Shown piece by piece: positions 9,742 to 17,233 of a stretch of DNA of 51,245 nucleotides (its first letter is position 1; each line of letters starts with the position of its first letter). This stretch comes from Eubacteriaceae bacterium. GTDB lineage: Bacteria > Bacillota > Clostridia > Eubacteriales > Eubacteriaceae. The position numbers and the translations under genes are program-made. Where the stretch lies: positions 5,247 to 56,491 of the forward strand of contig JAQWCN010000001.1 of the NCBI GenBank assembly GCA_028705955.1, in the 5' to 3' direction. The notes beneath the pieces are model-generated. The model worked only from the letters and a program-made list of their open reading frames with translations. It did no database searches and was not told the DNA's origin.

Positions 9742-10800
9742 TTGCAATTTTTTTTCAAGCATGGCCGGGTTAACGGCGTGGCTGATTGCTGTTTCGGCAG
9801 TGATCCGGTCATGGGTCACTAAATTGTAGAGATAGGTATCCATGGAAAACATATCCGGCTGGGTGGAGGAATAAAGCAGGCCTCCAATTTGATGCGCCTT
9901 GTGATCCCGGATCATATTGCGCACGCCGGGAGTGACGGTGAGCACCTCAAAAGCAGGGATGAGCCGGGAATGGTCCACAGAAGGAATCAGCTGCTGGGAA
10001 ACCACGGCGCTTAAACACATGGAAAGCTGCACCGCAATCTGATTTTGCTGATTGGGCGGAAAGGCATCCACAACCCGGTCAATGGTGTCCGCCGCGCTGA
10101 TGGTGTGCATGGTGGATAAAATCAAATGGCCGGTTTCAGCAGCGGTCATGGCTACATTGATGGTTTCGTGATCCCGCATTTCCCCGAGTAGAATGACATC
10201 CGGGCTCTGGCGCAGGGCCGCGCGGAGCGCGGTGACGTAATCCTCGGTGTCGGTACCGATTTCCCGCTGGCTCACGATGCTTTTTTTATGATGGTGCAGG
10301 TGTTCCAACGGGTCTTCCAGTGTGATGATATGTTCGGCCCGGGTCTCGTTGATATGATCGATCATGCAGGCCATGGTTGTGGATTTCCCGCTGCCGGCCG
10401 GTCCGGTAACCAGAATCATGCCCTTGCGCAAATCGGCGAGGTCCGTGACACAGTCCGGAATGCCCATGGCTTTGGGATCGGGAAGGGAAAAAGAAATGAT
10501 CCGGATCACCGCGGCGTCGGTCCCCCGCTGTTTGTAAGTGCTGGCCCTGAAACGGGAAACGCCGGGCAGAGCGAAGGAAAAGTCGTCATCCCCATTTTTA
10601 TTAAAGGTATCGTAATCCCGGCCGCTGGCAAGACCGTAAATTCCCCGGACAAGGGATTCGGTATCCGAAGGCATCAGGGGTTTTTCGGTGATGTGAACCA
10701 GTTGACCGTTGACCTTGTACGTTAAGGGTAAACCGGTGACCAGAAAAACATCGGATGCTTTTTGAAGAGTTGCGTGGGTTAATATTTGTTTGATATCCAT
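9739..10800 (-). CDS. pilT: PilT-family type IV pilus retraction-type ATPase
   Basis: Walker A GPAGSGKST, the Asp box/Walker B region DVILLGEMRD and the His box LSTMHT are present. GVRNMIRDHKAHQI corresponds to the PilT-specific AIRNLIRE motif. The start is placed at MDIKQIL (nt 10800), which has SD AGGAG. Confidence 0.85.
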   Translation of the reverse strand: MDIKQILTHATLQKASDVFLVTGLPLTYKVNGQLVHITEKPLMPSDTESLVRGIYGLASGRDYDTFNKNGDDDFSFALPGVSRFRASTYKQRGTDAAVIRIISFSLPDPKAMGIPDCVTDLADLRKGMILVTGPAGSGKSTTMACMIDHINETRAEHIITLEDPLEHLHHHKKSIVSQREIGTDTEDYVTALRAALRQSPDVILLGEMRDHETINVAMTAAETGHLILSTMHTISAADTIDRVVDAFPPNQQNQIAVQLSMCLSAVVSQQLIPSVDHSRLIPAFEVLTVTPGVRNMIRDHKAHQIGGLLYSSTQPDMFSMDTYLYNLVTHDRITAETAISHAVNPAMLEKKLQ

Positions 10801-10828
10801 GGTTGCTCCTGTTGATAAAATCGTTGCG

Positions 10829-11302
10829 TTATTTGATGACATTGAGGGTGTCCTGTTGTTGCCAGCTTTGCGTGTTGACTACCTGCCACTGGGTTACGGT
10901 GTAGTAAGTCTCCCCGGGATTTTGGGGGAAGGTGGGCTGGACGCTGACCACAAGATTCTGATTTTCTTTGATGGCGATTTGGGTTGTCGCTTTTTCGGCA
11001 GCATTGTCCCAGGTCCAGCCCTCCGGCAGCACACCGGGAACCCCGGAAACGTAAGCAGCCGCGCTGCCGGCCCCGGGAGCCAGGGCAGCCAGGGCGCTGT
11101 CCAGACTGGCCAGGCGGCTATTGGCCTGATTAGAGGCGGCGTAATAGGCAGTGGTGGTCGCTTCGGTGGCTGTTGCCAGCTTTTGATCGGTGGTGGCGCT
11201 GACCAGGGACAAGGCGGCAAAAATGACCAGACACAGCACGGTAAAGATGACCAGCAAAAAAGCGGAGCCGGTGCCGACAAAACTAAAGCGTTGTTTTTCC
11301 AT
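10829..11302 (-). CDS. Pilus-operon membrane-anchored protein (single N-terminal TM, no recognisable family)
   Basis: The start is placed at MEKQRFSFVGTGSAFLLVIFTVLCLVIFAALSLVSA, which has SD GAAGGAA. The gene is tightly packed in the operon, 13 nt after the upstream stop. Confidence 0.55.
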   Translation of the reverse strand: MEKQRFSFVGTGSAFLLVIFTVLCLVIFAALSLVSATTDQKLATATEATTTAYYAASNQANSRLASLDSALAALAPGAGSAAAYVSGVPGVLPEGWTWDNAAEKATTQIAIKENQNLVVSVQPTFPQNPGETYYTVTQWQVVNTQSWQQQDTLNVIK

Positions 11303-11315
11303 AAACGTTCCTTCT

Positions 11316-11759
11316 TTAAAGTGTTTTGGGAATGTGGTAATCCGTATCCAGGGTGTACAATGTGCTGTCGTCTTCAAGTTTTTTCACTTCAAGAGTGACC
11401 CGGGTCAGATCATCGGCCGGGGTTTCCCGGACATCCATCCGGTAGACTCCGGCGTTTTGGGTACTGGGTTGCCAGTTGGCGTCGTAGTAAAGGTGAAAGC
11501 CGGCCTGGTCCGTGTTCACAGCGGGGTTCCCGGTGGCCAGTTGTGTGCCGATATGGGCAGGGTCGGCGGCAATGCATTCGGATACGCTTTGCACAGCGCT
11601 CACTGCGTTTTCCCTTAGAGCGGTGTCCCGGCTGATGACGTGGGCTTTGGCAAAGAGTTGAATACAGACAGCGCTGGCAATGGCAAAGAAGAGAATGGCC
11701 AGAATCAGCTCCATTAAGGTAAGGCTGGTTCGGGAGTGATGGGTGCGGGGCGCTTTCAT
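11316..11759 (-). CDS. Prepilin-like (pseudopilin) protein with N-terminal methylation-type motif
   Basis: MKAPRTHHSRTS/LTLMELILAILFFAIASAV is a class III signal-like segment with Glu at +5 but Ser instead of Gly at -1. The start overlaps the upstream stop (ATGA). Confidence 0.65.
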   Translation of the reverse strand: MKAPRTHHSRTSLTLMELILAILFFAIASAVCIQLFAKAHVISRDTALRENAVSAVQSVSECIAADPAHIGTQLATGNPAVNTDQAGFHLYYDANWQPSTQNAGVYRMDVRETPADDLTRVTLEVKKLEDDSTLYTLDTDYHIPKTL

Positions 11760-12259
11760 GGGGTCGCCTCCCCGGAGAAAGCCGGGCACACGTGGACGTA
11801 GGTTTCCCGGGTTTGGCCGGTGGTGTCGGTCATCTTCAGGCAGAGCAGACTGGGGGAAACCTGTTCCGGTTCAAACTTGGTGATCTCTGTGATTTTCTGT
11901 CCCTGGCCCGGGCTCACGGCGGTGCCGTCTTTGACAAAGAGTTCCATGAGTTCTCCCTGGGAGCTGTAGAGATAGGTGGTGGTACCGGCGCCTTCGCCTT
12001 CCCCGGTGATAACCACTGCGGGCTGGGTGCCGACCTGGCCCACAGTTACCCGGCCGTTGCTGTTGTTCTGGCGTATTTTTTGAGTGACATAGGTAATGGC
12101 AGTCCGGCTGGTAAAATGATCGTTGAGGTTGGTCACCGTGCCTTTATACACGTCGATACCGATGATAATCACGGCCAGTGCAGAGGCCGCGAAAGCGCAG
12201 AACAGAGCGATGACAAAGACGACATCCACGGTATGCCGGCGTTCTCCCCGGGGCGTCAT
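11756..12259 (-). CDS. Pilus-operon membrane-anchored protein (pseudopilin-sized, DUF4860-like by recollection)
   Basis: One N-terminal TM (VDVVFVIALFCAFAASALAVIIIGI) precedes a beta-rich domain. The gene has ATGA overlaps with both neighbours. Confidence 0.55.
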   Translation of the reverse strand: MTPRGERRHTVDVVFVIALFCAFAASALAVIIIGIDVYKGTVTNLNDHFTSRTAITYVTQKIRQNNSNGRVTVGQVGTQPAVVITGEGEGAGTTTYLYSSQGELMELFVKDGTAVSPGQGQKITEITKFEPEQVSPSLLCLKMTDTTGQTRETYVHVCPAFSGEATP

Positions 12260-12597
12260 GACGTCCCTCCCAATTTGACCACGGTGATATCGGGCATGAC
12301 ATTGGAGGCAAAGCCCTGATAATCTATAAAATATTTCTGGTGATCGTAGGTCAGACCGTAGTGATCCTCCAGATAGCTGACTGAAGACGGATACTGCCCT
12401 TCGACAGCGTAACAGTGGACCACGGCGTGGCGTACCGAGGTCTCCAACCGCTTGGCGCCTTCTTCCGAAGACGTTTTGGAGAATCCGGTGATGGCGGCGC
12501 AGAAGATCACAAAAAGGAGCAAGAGGACAACGGCGGAAAAAATAGCGCCCCGGTAAGGGGAAACACTTCTATCGCTGGCATCCATTCGGTTTTTCAT
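12256..12597 (-). CDS. Pilus-operon small membrane-anchored protein
   Basis: The start is placed at MKNRMDASDRS, which has SD AAGGAGGG. There is a single TM (AIFSAVVLLLLFVIFCAAITGF). The stop overlaps the start of the next gene. Confidence 0.55.
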   Translation of the reverse strand: MKNRMDASDRSVSPYRGAIFSAVVLLLLFVIFCAAITGFSKTSSEEGAKRLETSVRHAVVHCYAVEGQYPSSVSYLEDHYGLTYDHQKYFIDYQGFASNVMPDITVVKLGGTS

Positions 12598-12607
12598 GAG
12601 GCCCTCC

Positions 12608-13657
12608 TTATCCGATATTGGACATGATACCCAAAAGGGGAAACATGACCGACAGCAAAATGAGTCCGACAATGATTGAAATGATGGCCACGAGGGTTGG
12701 TTCCAGAATCGACAGCATATGTTCGATGGCGTCGTCCACCTCGTCGCTGTAACGGACGGCGATCCGGTTCATGGCGTCGTCCATGTTGCCGGATTTATCC
12801 CCAATGGCCAGGATCCGGTCGTAGATTCCGGAAAAAAGCTTCGCCTGGTGTAAAGCTGCGGGAAAGGATTCCCCTTCGGTCATGGCCTGCCGGCAGCAGA
12901 CAATTTTTGCTTTAAGCACCGGATGATCGGTAATGCTGTCCACCAGATCCAGACATTGATCCGGATTTAAGCCGCTGGACAGGGTCATGGACAGGCCGTT
13001 GGCAAACCGGCTCAGGGCGATTTTTTCGTTCAGGCGCCGGGTCAGGGCAAAATGGACAATAAAATGGGAAAAGTGTTTCCGGCCTTTCTCCGTTTTGCTC
13101 AGGTAAAACAGCCCGCCGGCAAGCAGCGCGAGAATGGCGATAAAGACTGCAGCGTAACGGCTCATGACCGAGCCGGCATTCAAAACAGCTCCGGCAAACC
13201 CGGTCATCTCGGTCCCCAGCATGGTAAAAACCTGATTAAAAACCGGCATCACCTGGACCATCAGCACCACGATAATCACCACCATCATGCCGATCATGAT
13301 CAGGGGGTAGGTGACCGCGCTTTTAATGCCTTTGGCGATAGACTCTTCCCGGCTGTAGTAAACCGTCAAGGAATCCAGAACATCGTCGAGCTTGCCGGAA
13401 AGTTCCCCCAGACGAACCATCTCGATGAGGTAAGAGGGAAAGACTCCGGAAGTTTTGAGGGCTTCGGAAAACGGCAGCCCCGCCATCAGCCCCTCGCTGG
13501 TGGTCTGAAGAATGGACTGGGTGTCCGGATTTTTCATATCCTCCATCATAATCATAATGCCTTCATCGGTGGAGATCCCCGCTTTAATAATCATGGCCAT
13601 CTGGCTGCAGAACGCGGCGATTTCGGTATTGTTCAGCGGTGTCAATTTTGTTTTCAT
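12608..13657 (-). CDS. GspF/PilC-family type II secretion / type IV pilus platform protein
   Basis: The protein has two T2SSF repeats (AAFCSQMAMIIKAGIS...; FANGLSMTLSSGLNPDQCL...), each followed by TM segments. SD AAGGAG lies upstream; the start is ATG 13657 or TTG 13660. Confidence 0.85.
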   Translation of the reverse strand: MKTKLTPLNNTEIAAFCSQMAMIIKAGISTDEGIMIMMEDMKNPDTQSILQTTSEGLMAGLPFSEALKTSGVFPSYLIEMVRLGELSGKLDDVLDSLTVYYSREESIAKGIKSAVTYPLIMIGMMVVIIVVLMVQVMPVFNQVFTMLGTEMTGFAGAVLNAGSVMSRYAAVFIAILALLAGGLFYLSKTEKGRKHFSHFIVHFALTRRLNEKIALSRFANGLSMTLSSGLNPDQCLDLVDSITDHPVLKAKIVCCRQAMTEGESFPAALHQAKLFSGIYDRILAIGDKSGNMDDAMNRIAVRYSDEVDDAIEHMLSILEPTLVAIISIIVGLILLSVMFPLLGIMSNIG

Positions 13658-13675
13658 CAACGAGCTCCTTTTGTT

Positions 13676-14572
13676 CTAATAGACGTATTTTGTCTGATAA
13701 TTACTGCCGTCCCCGATGTATTCCTTGACGGATTCGTTGCCGTTGTTGGCGCCCAGAGTGGGATCCATCAGGGTCCAGGCCTTGCCGTCAAACTGAATGA
13801 CGCCGTTGATCCATCCGGATTCGTCGGTATAGACAGAAATCCACGCGTGGTAGAGGGAACCGGCGTAGCCCACTTCCAGCCGGGTGGGAATATTCTGGGA
13901 GCGGAGCATGGCGGCCATCAGGGCAGTGTAGTCAAAACAAATGCCTTTGCCGGAATCCAAAATTTCGTCCACATTGGGAAGATAGTCCGAAGTGACCGTC
14001 GCGGCCTCGCTGGAATCATAGGTAATATTTTTGGTGCCATAATCGTATACGTTTTTGACCACATCCAGATCCGAATCGGCATTGGCCGCCAGATCTTTTC
14101 CCTTGGCCACCGCTTTGGAGCTGGCGTTGAAATTGACGTATTGGCTCGGGTACAGGTAAGGGCCAAAGGCGTTGGCGATGGTTACCGCTACCGTTTGACT
14201 GAAGGCGGTGGTATACTGATTGTCGTAGGCATGTTCCAGGACGGTGAGGGTATAGTCTCCGCTGTCCCCGGTTAGGGGAAAGGCAGCCCAGTCAGTCCCG
14301 AGGTTGTAGGTGTATACCGTCCCCGATGGAACGGTAATCTGAAGTTTGACTTTATCCGAGGATCCGGTGTAGTGGACCATCACGTAACCCTGATCGCTGT
14401 GGGACGCGTCGATGACGGCGGAAGCGCTCTCGTAAGTGGTGGTGCCGTCAGCGGCGGGGGTGAGCACCTGGGGGGTATTGTCCCGGGTTCCTTTTTTGCC
14501 GCATCCGCTCAAAACCAGACAGCCTGCGAGTATTCCGATAAAAAAGAGAAAGACCCATTTCTTTCGCTTCAT
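13676..14572 (-). CDS. Transglutaminase-like (Cys-His-Asp) lipoprotein, first gene of the pilus-like operon
   Basis: A lipobox is present (LVLSGC). The transglutaminase core reads GKGICFDYTALMAAMLRSQNIPTRLEVGY...YHAWISVY...LMDPT. The stop is only 18 nt upstream of the gspF-like ATG. Confidence 0.8.
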   Translation of the reverse strand: MKRKKWVFLFFIGILAGCLVLSGCGKKGTRDNTPQVLTPAADGTTTYESASAVIDASHSDQGYVMVHYTGSSDKVKLQITVPSGTVYTYNLGTDWAAFPLTGDSGDYTLTVLEHAYDNQYTTAFSQTVAVTIANAFGPYLYPSQYVNFNASSKAVAKGKDLAANADSDLDVVKNVYDYGTKNITYDSSEAATVTSDYLPNVDEILDSGKGICFDYTALMAAMLRSQNIPTRLEVGYAGSLYHAWISVYTDESGWINGVIQFDGKAWTLMDPTLGANNGNESVKEYIGDGSNYQTKYVY

Positions 14573-14660
14573 GGCGTTGTCCTTTCAAGTTGCGTTGCGC
14601 ATAAAAATGATTTAAAATTATTATACCACACAGAGCGTGATTGCTCCAAAAACTTCTGGC

Positions 14661-14694
14661 GTGTGACTTTGGTGTGACACAAAGGGGGTATACT
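14661..14694 (+). promoter_or_regulatory. Activator-type promoter: direct repeats GTGTGAC-N4-GTGTGAC, then 10 nt, then TATACT
   Basis: The repeats start at 14661 and 14672 (11-bp period). The -10 TATACT lies at 14689-14694. There is no good -35 hexamer. The same layout recurs at 19043-19076. Confidence 0.65.
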
Positions 14695-14768
14695 CAATAC
14701 TAAAAGTGGTCTGGTAGCGGGATCAAAGCCCAGACAGAAATTTTCGGAACCGGAAAAGGAGCGGATTT

Positions 14769-15440
14769 ATGAAGAAAGAAACAAAGAAGATCATGATTCC
14801 ACTAACCATTGGGATCATATTGATCGCTTTGGCAGTGACTTTCGCAGCTTTCTATACATCGACAAAAACCCAGGAGGATGTGTCAACCACCGATTTGGGG
14901 ATTGAACTGGTGCAGACCGGCGGCAGCGGAGCGGTCACACTGGATACCAGCAGCAAGTACAGCGGCGGGTTTTCCTACACCGGAATGCCGGGAAGCGACC
15001 CCATCGATGAACAGGTAGCGGTTAAAAATACAGGCAGCAAGCCGGCTTATATCCGGGTGACCATCAACCGCAGCTGGAAAAAGGACGGGACCAAGGTGTC
15101 GGATGTGGATCCTCAGGAAATCGGCATCGTGACCAACAGCGGAGACTGGTACGTCGATACCGCAAGTGATAAAAATCACGAACAGGTGATCTGTTATTAT
15201 AAATATCCCTTAAAAAGCGGGGAACAAACCGCCAACGTGATGGACAGCTTTACCATCATGAAAGATCTGGCGGGTCAAAACAGCAACGCTTACTCCGGTC
15301 TGCAAAGCGAAATTGATTTTAAGGCAGAAGGCATTCAGACCACATCGGCGAAAGACGCCATGCTGGCAGAATGGGGTGTCAACGTCACAATGGACAGCAG
15401 CGGCACGATCACAGCCATGCCGGCAGAACAACAGGATTAA
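14769..15440 (+). CDS. TasA/camelysin/BsaA-like secreted matrix protein with SipW-type signal peptide
   Basis: The signal reads MKKETKKIMIPLTIGIILIALAVTFAAFYTSTKT, similar to the xxAYFTD-type SipW signal. The core motif is MPGSDPIDEQVAVKNTGSKPAYIRVTI. SD AAGGAG lies upstream. Confidence 0.65.
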   Translation: MKKETKKIMIPLTIGIILIALAVTFAAFYTSTKTQEDVSTTDLGIELVQTGGSGAVTLDTSSKYSGGFSYTGMPGSDPIDEQVAVKNTGSKPAYIRVTINRSWKKDGTKVSDVDPQEIGIVTNSGDWYVDTASDKNHEQVICYYKYPLKSGEQTANVMDSFTIMKDLAGQNSNAYSGLQSEIDFKAEGIQTTSAKDAMLAEWGVNVTMDSSGTITAMPAEQQD

Positions 15441-15458
15441 ACAGGGAGGAAAGAAACG

Positions 15459-16177
15459 TGAAAAAAACAATGACAGCCATCCTCGTTACGCTCCTGATGA
15501 TTTTTGGGCTGAGCGGACAGGCTCTGGCTGCAGACAGTTATGTTTTTGAAGGCGGTGCCAATGCGTTTGTCACCGACGTATCCGGCTCTGCCACCGGCGG
15601 ATTTACAGGAATGGAACCTGGGGAAACCCGGGATTTGACCTTAAGTTTAACCAACGGCGACAGTAAGGATGTCAACTTTTATATGAGTGCAGAGATTTTA
15701 AAAAATCTCGCCGAACAAGGGGATCAAAATGCCGTATACACCTTTACGATCAGCAAAAACGGAACTCCCTTCTTTGAAACGGTCATCGGCGGAGGCAGCG
15801 ACAGCCAGAACATTTCCATCGGTGCGGAATATTTAAAAGAGGATAATACGATTCTGCTGGATACCATGGCTCCGGGCCAGAAGGATACCATTACCGTTAC
15901 ACTGGCTTTGGACGGGGATTCTGCAGAAAATGTGTACATGAACCAGAATGGTAAAATTCAGCTGGTGTTTAGTGCCGGGTCGCCGGTGACCAACGAACCG
16001 GGAACCGTCATCAACCGCATTGTCCGCACCATCACCGGACAAAGCAGCACCTCGCCGGATACCGGGGTTCAGGCGGGTGACATCCTGCTGCTTGTGGCAT
16101 TTGCAGCGGTGATCGCCGGAATCATTCTCGCCATAATTCTATTGAGAAAAAAACATAAGGAGGGAAAACAGTCATGA
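15459..16177 (+). CDS. Secreted surface protein with C-terminal sortase-type sorting signal (SPDTG + TM + basic tail)
   Basis: A GTG start follows SD GGGAGGAAA. The Sec signal is ...GQALA/ADSY. A TasA-like strand motif is present (MEPGETRDLTLSLTNGDSKDVNFYM). The C-terminus reads SPDTGVQAGDILLLVAFAAVIAGIILAIILLRKKHKEGKQS. Confidence 0.7.
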
Positions 16178-17094
16178 AAACCGCACAGCGTCACTTGAGT
16201 TTTGGGTGGGCCGGACTGCTTGTCCTGACCATTGCGCTTTTCTGTTTTTCAGCCGCTCCCGTCCAGGCCGCAGACAGTTATCAAATCAGCTTTAAAGGTG
16301 GATCCCACGGGACCATCAGTTATAATGAAACCAACGAAGGGGTCAGTTACGACATCGAGGTTCCTTATCAAAGCAGTCTGGACACGAGTCAGGTCCGGGT
16401 GGTGCCGGAAGACGGCTGGTACTGTACCGGCTGGAGTCCGGAAGTGGAAAGTCCGGTGACTGAAAAAGCGACCTACGTGGCCCAGTATAAACGCATCATT
16501 GACGAAGCGGTGTATCGCGTGAATTACGTGGATACCTCCGGCAATGCCCTGGCGACCCAGGCGATCCGTAAAACCAACGCGGGAGTGGATGTGACCGAAT
16601 ACGCCGTTCCGGTGGACGGATACGCCGTGGACAGTGCTTCCAAAACGGCGACAGTGGCAAAAGAAGGAACCGAAATTACCTTCACCTATCAGTCCGCCCA
16701 GGAACCCAGTGTGGTTGACCAGGTGGAAAACGTCGTGATTCCCGGGGGAACGACCATCGCCACAACCGGCGGGGTAACGGCAGGAACCACTGCTGCAGGG
16801 AATGGGGCCAATGCCGTCACCGCAGGCGGTACCGGGACAGCCGGTAATGCGGCTGCCGGCAATGCCGGAACCGACGGAGCGGCCGCGGCGGATGGCACGA
16901 CTGACGGAACAGTTAATCAGCAGGGGCAGACCACCACGGTTGACGATAATAATGTGCCTTTGGCCAATCAGCAGGTCGGGGATCAAAAACAGATGCCAAC
17001 CTGGGGCTACATTGCGATCATTGCAGGAGCAGCGCTCATTGCCGGAAGCCTGATCACGTTACTGGTGAAGCGCCGGAAGAAAAAACAGCATTAA
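16174..17094 (+). CDS. Secreted, C-terminally membrane-anchored surface protein with MucBP-like repeat and Gly/Ala/Thr-rich stalk
   Basis: The signal is ...APVQA/ADSY. A MucBP-like block is present (YRVNYVDTSGNALATQ...EITFTYQ), followed by a low-complexity stalk (TAGTTAAGNGANAVTAGGTG...). The C-terminal TM is followed by KRRKKKQH. The start overlaps the upstream stop (ATGA). Confidence 0.65.
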   Translation: MKTAQRHLSFGWAGLLVLTIALFCFSAAPVQAADSYQISFKGGSHGTISYNETNEGVSYDIEVPYQSSLDTSQVRVVPEDGWYCTGWSPEVESPVTEKATYVAQYKRIIDEAVYRVNYVDTSGNALATQAIRKTNAGVDVTEYAVPVDGYAVDSASKTATVAKEGTEITFTYQSAQEPSVVDQVENVVIPGGTTIATTGGVTAGTTAAGNGANAVTAGGTGTAGNAAAGNAGTDGAAAADGTTDGTVNQQGQTTTVDDNNVPLANQQVGDQKQMPTWGYIAIIAGAALIAGSLITLLVKRRKKKQH

Positions 17095-17117
17095 ATCATC
17101 AATAAAAGAGAAAACTT

Positions 17118-17166
17118 AAAGAAGTCTGGGAACCGCTGTCAACGGGGCCTGGACTTCTTTGTTTTT
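17118..17166 (+). terminator. Intrinsic terminator of the TasA-like operon
   Basis: AAAGAAGTCTGGG...CCTGGACTTCTTT forms a 13-bp stem with two G-U pairs, followed by GTTTTT. Confidence 0.6.
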
Positions 17167-17176
17167 CATCAAAGAC

Positions 17177-17205
17177 TTGTCAAGAAAACGCGTAAACGGT
17201 ATAAT
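17177..17205 (+). promoter_or_regulatory. SigA-type promoter of the SARP/BTAD regulator gene
   Basis: TTGTCA, a 17-nt spacer, then TATAAT. Its position means the TTG-initiated 5' part of the tracked ORF is not translated. Confidence 0.7.
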
Positions 17206-17233
17206 AAAATCATTATATTATAATGGAAAAATA

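Noticed and set aside
13052-14275. 407-aa plus-strand ORF rich in His, Gly, Gln and Arg
   Set aside because: It lies entirely antisense to the well-supported gspF-like and transglutaminase genes. Its composition is low-complexity (HHDNHHHHADHD...), it has no SD, and it looks like a typical shadow ORF.
16740-16930. Repetitive-looking GC-rich stretch, checked as a possible tandem repeat or CRISPR-like array
   Set aside because: It encodes a Gly/Ala/Thr-rich low-complexity stalk of the surface protein (TAGTTAAGNGANAVTAGGTGTAGNAAAGNAG...). There are no exact DNA repeat units or spacers.
17159-17233. TTG-initiated 25-codon N-terminal extension of the SARP ORF in the track
   Set aside because: A near-consensus promoter (TTGTCA, 17 nt, TATAAT; 17177-17205) lies inside this stretch. 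Transcription probably starts downstream of it, so translation would begin at 17234 or 17276.
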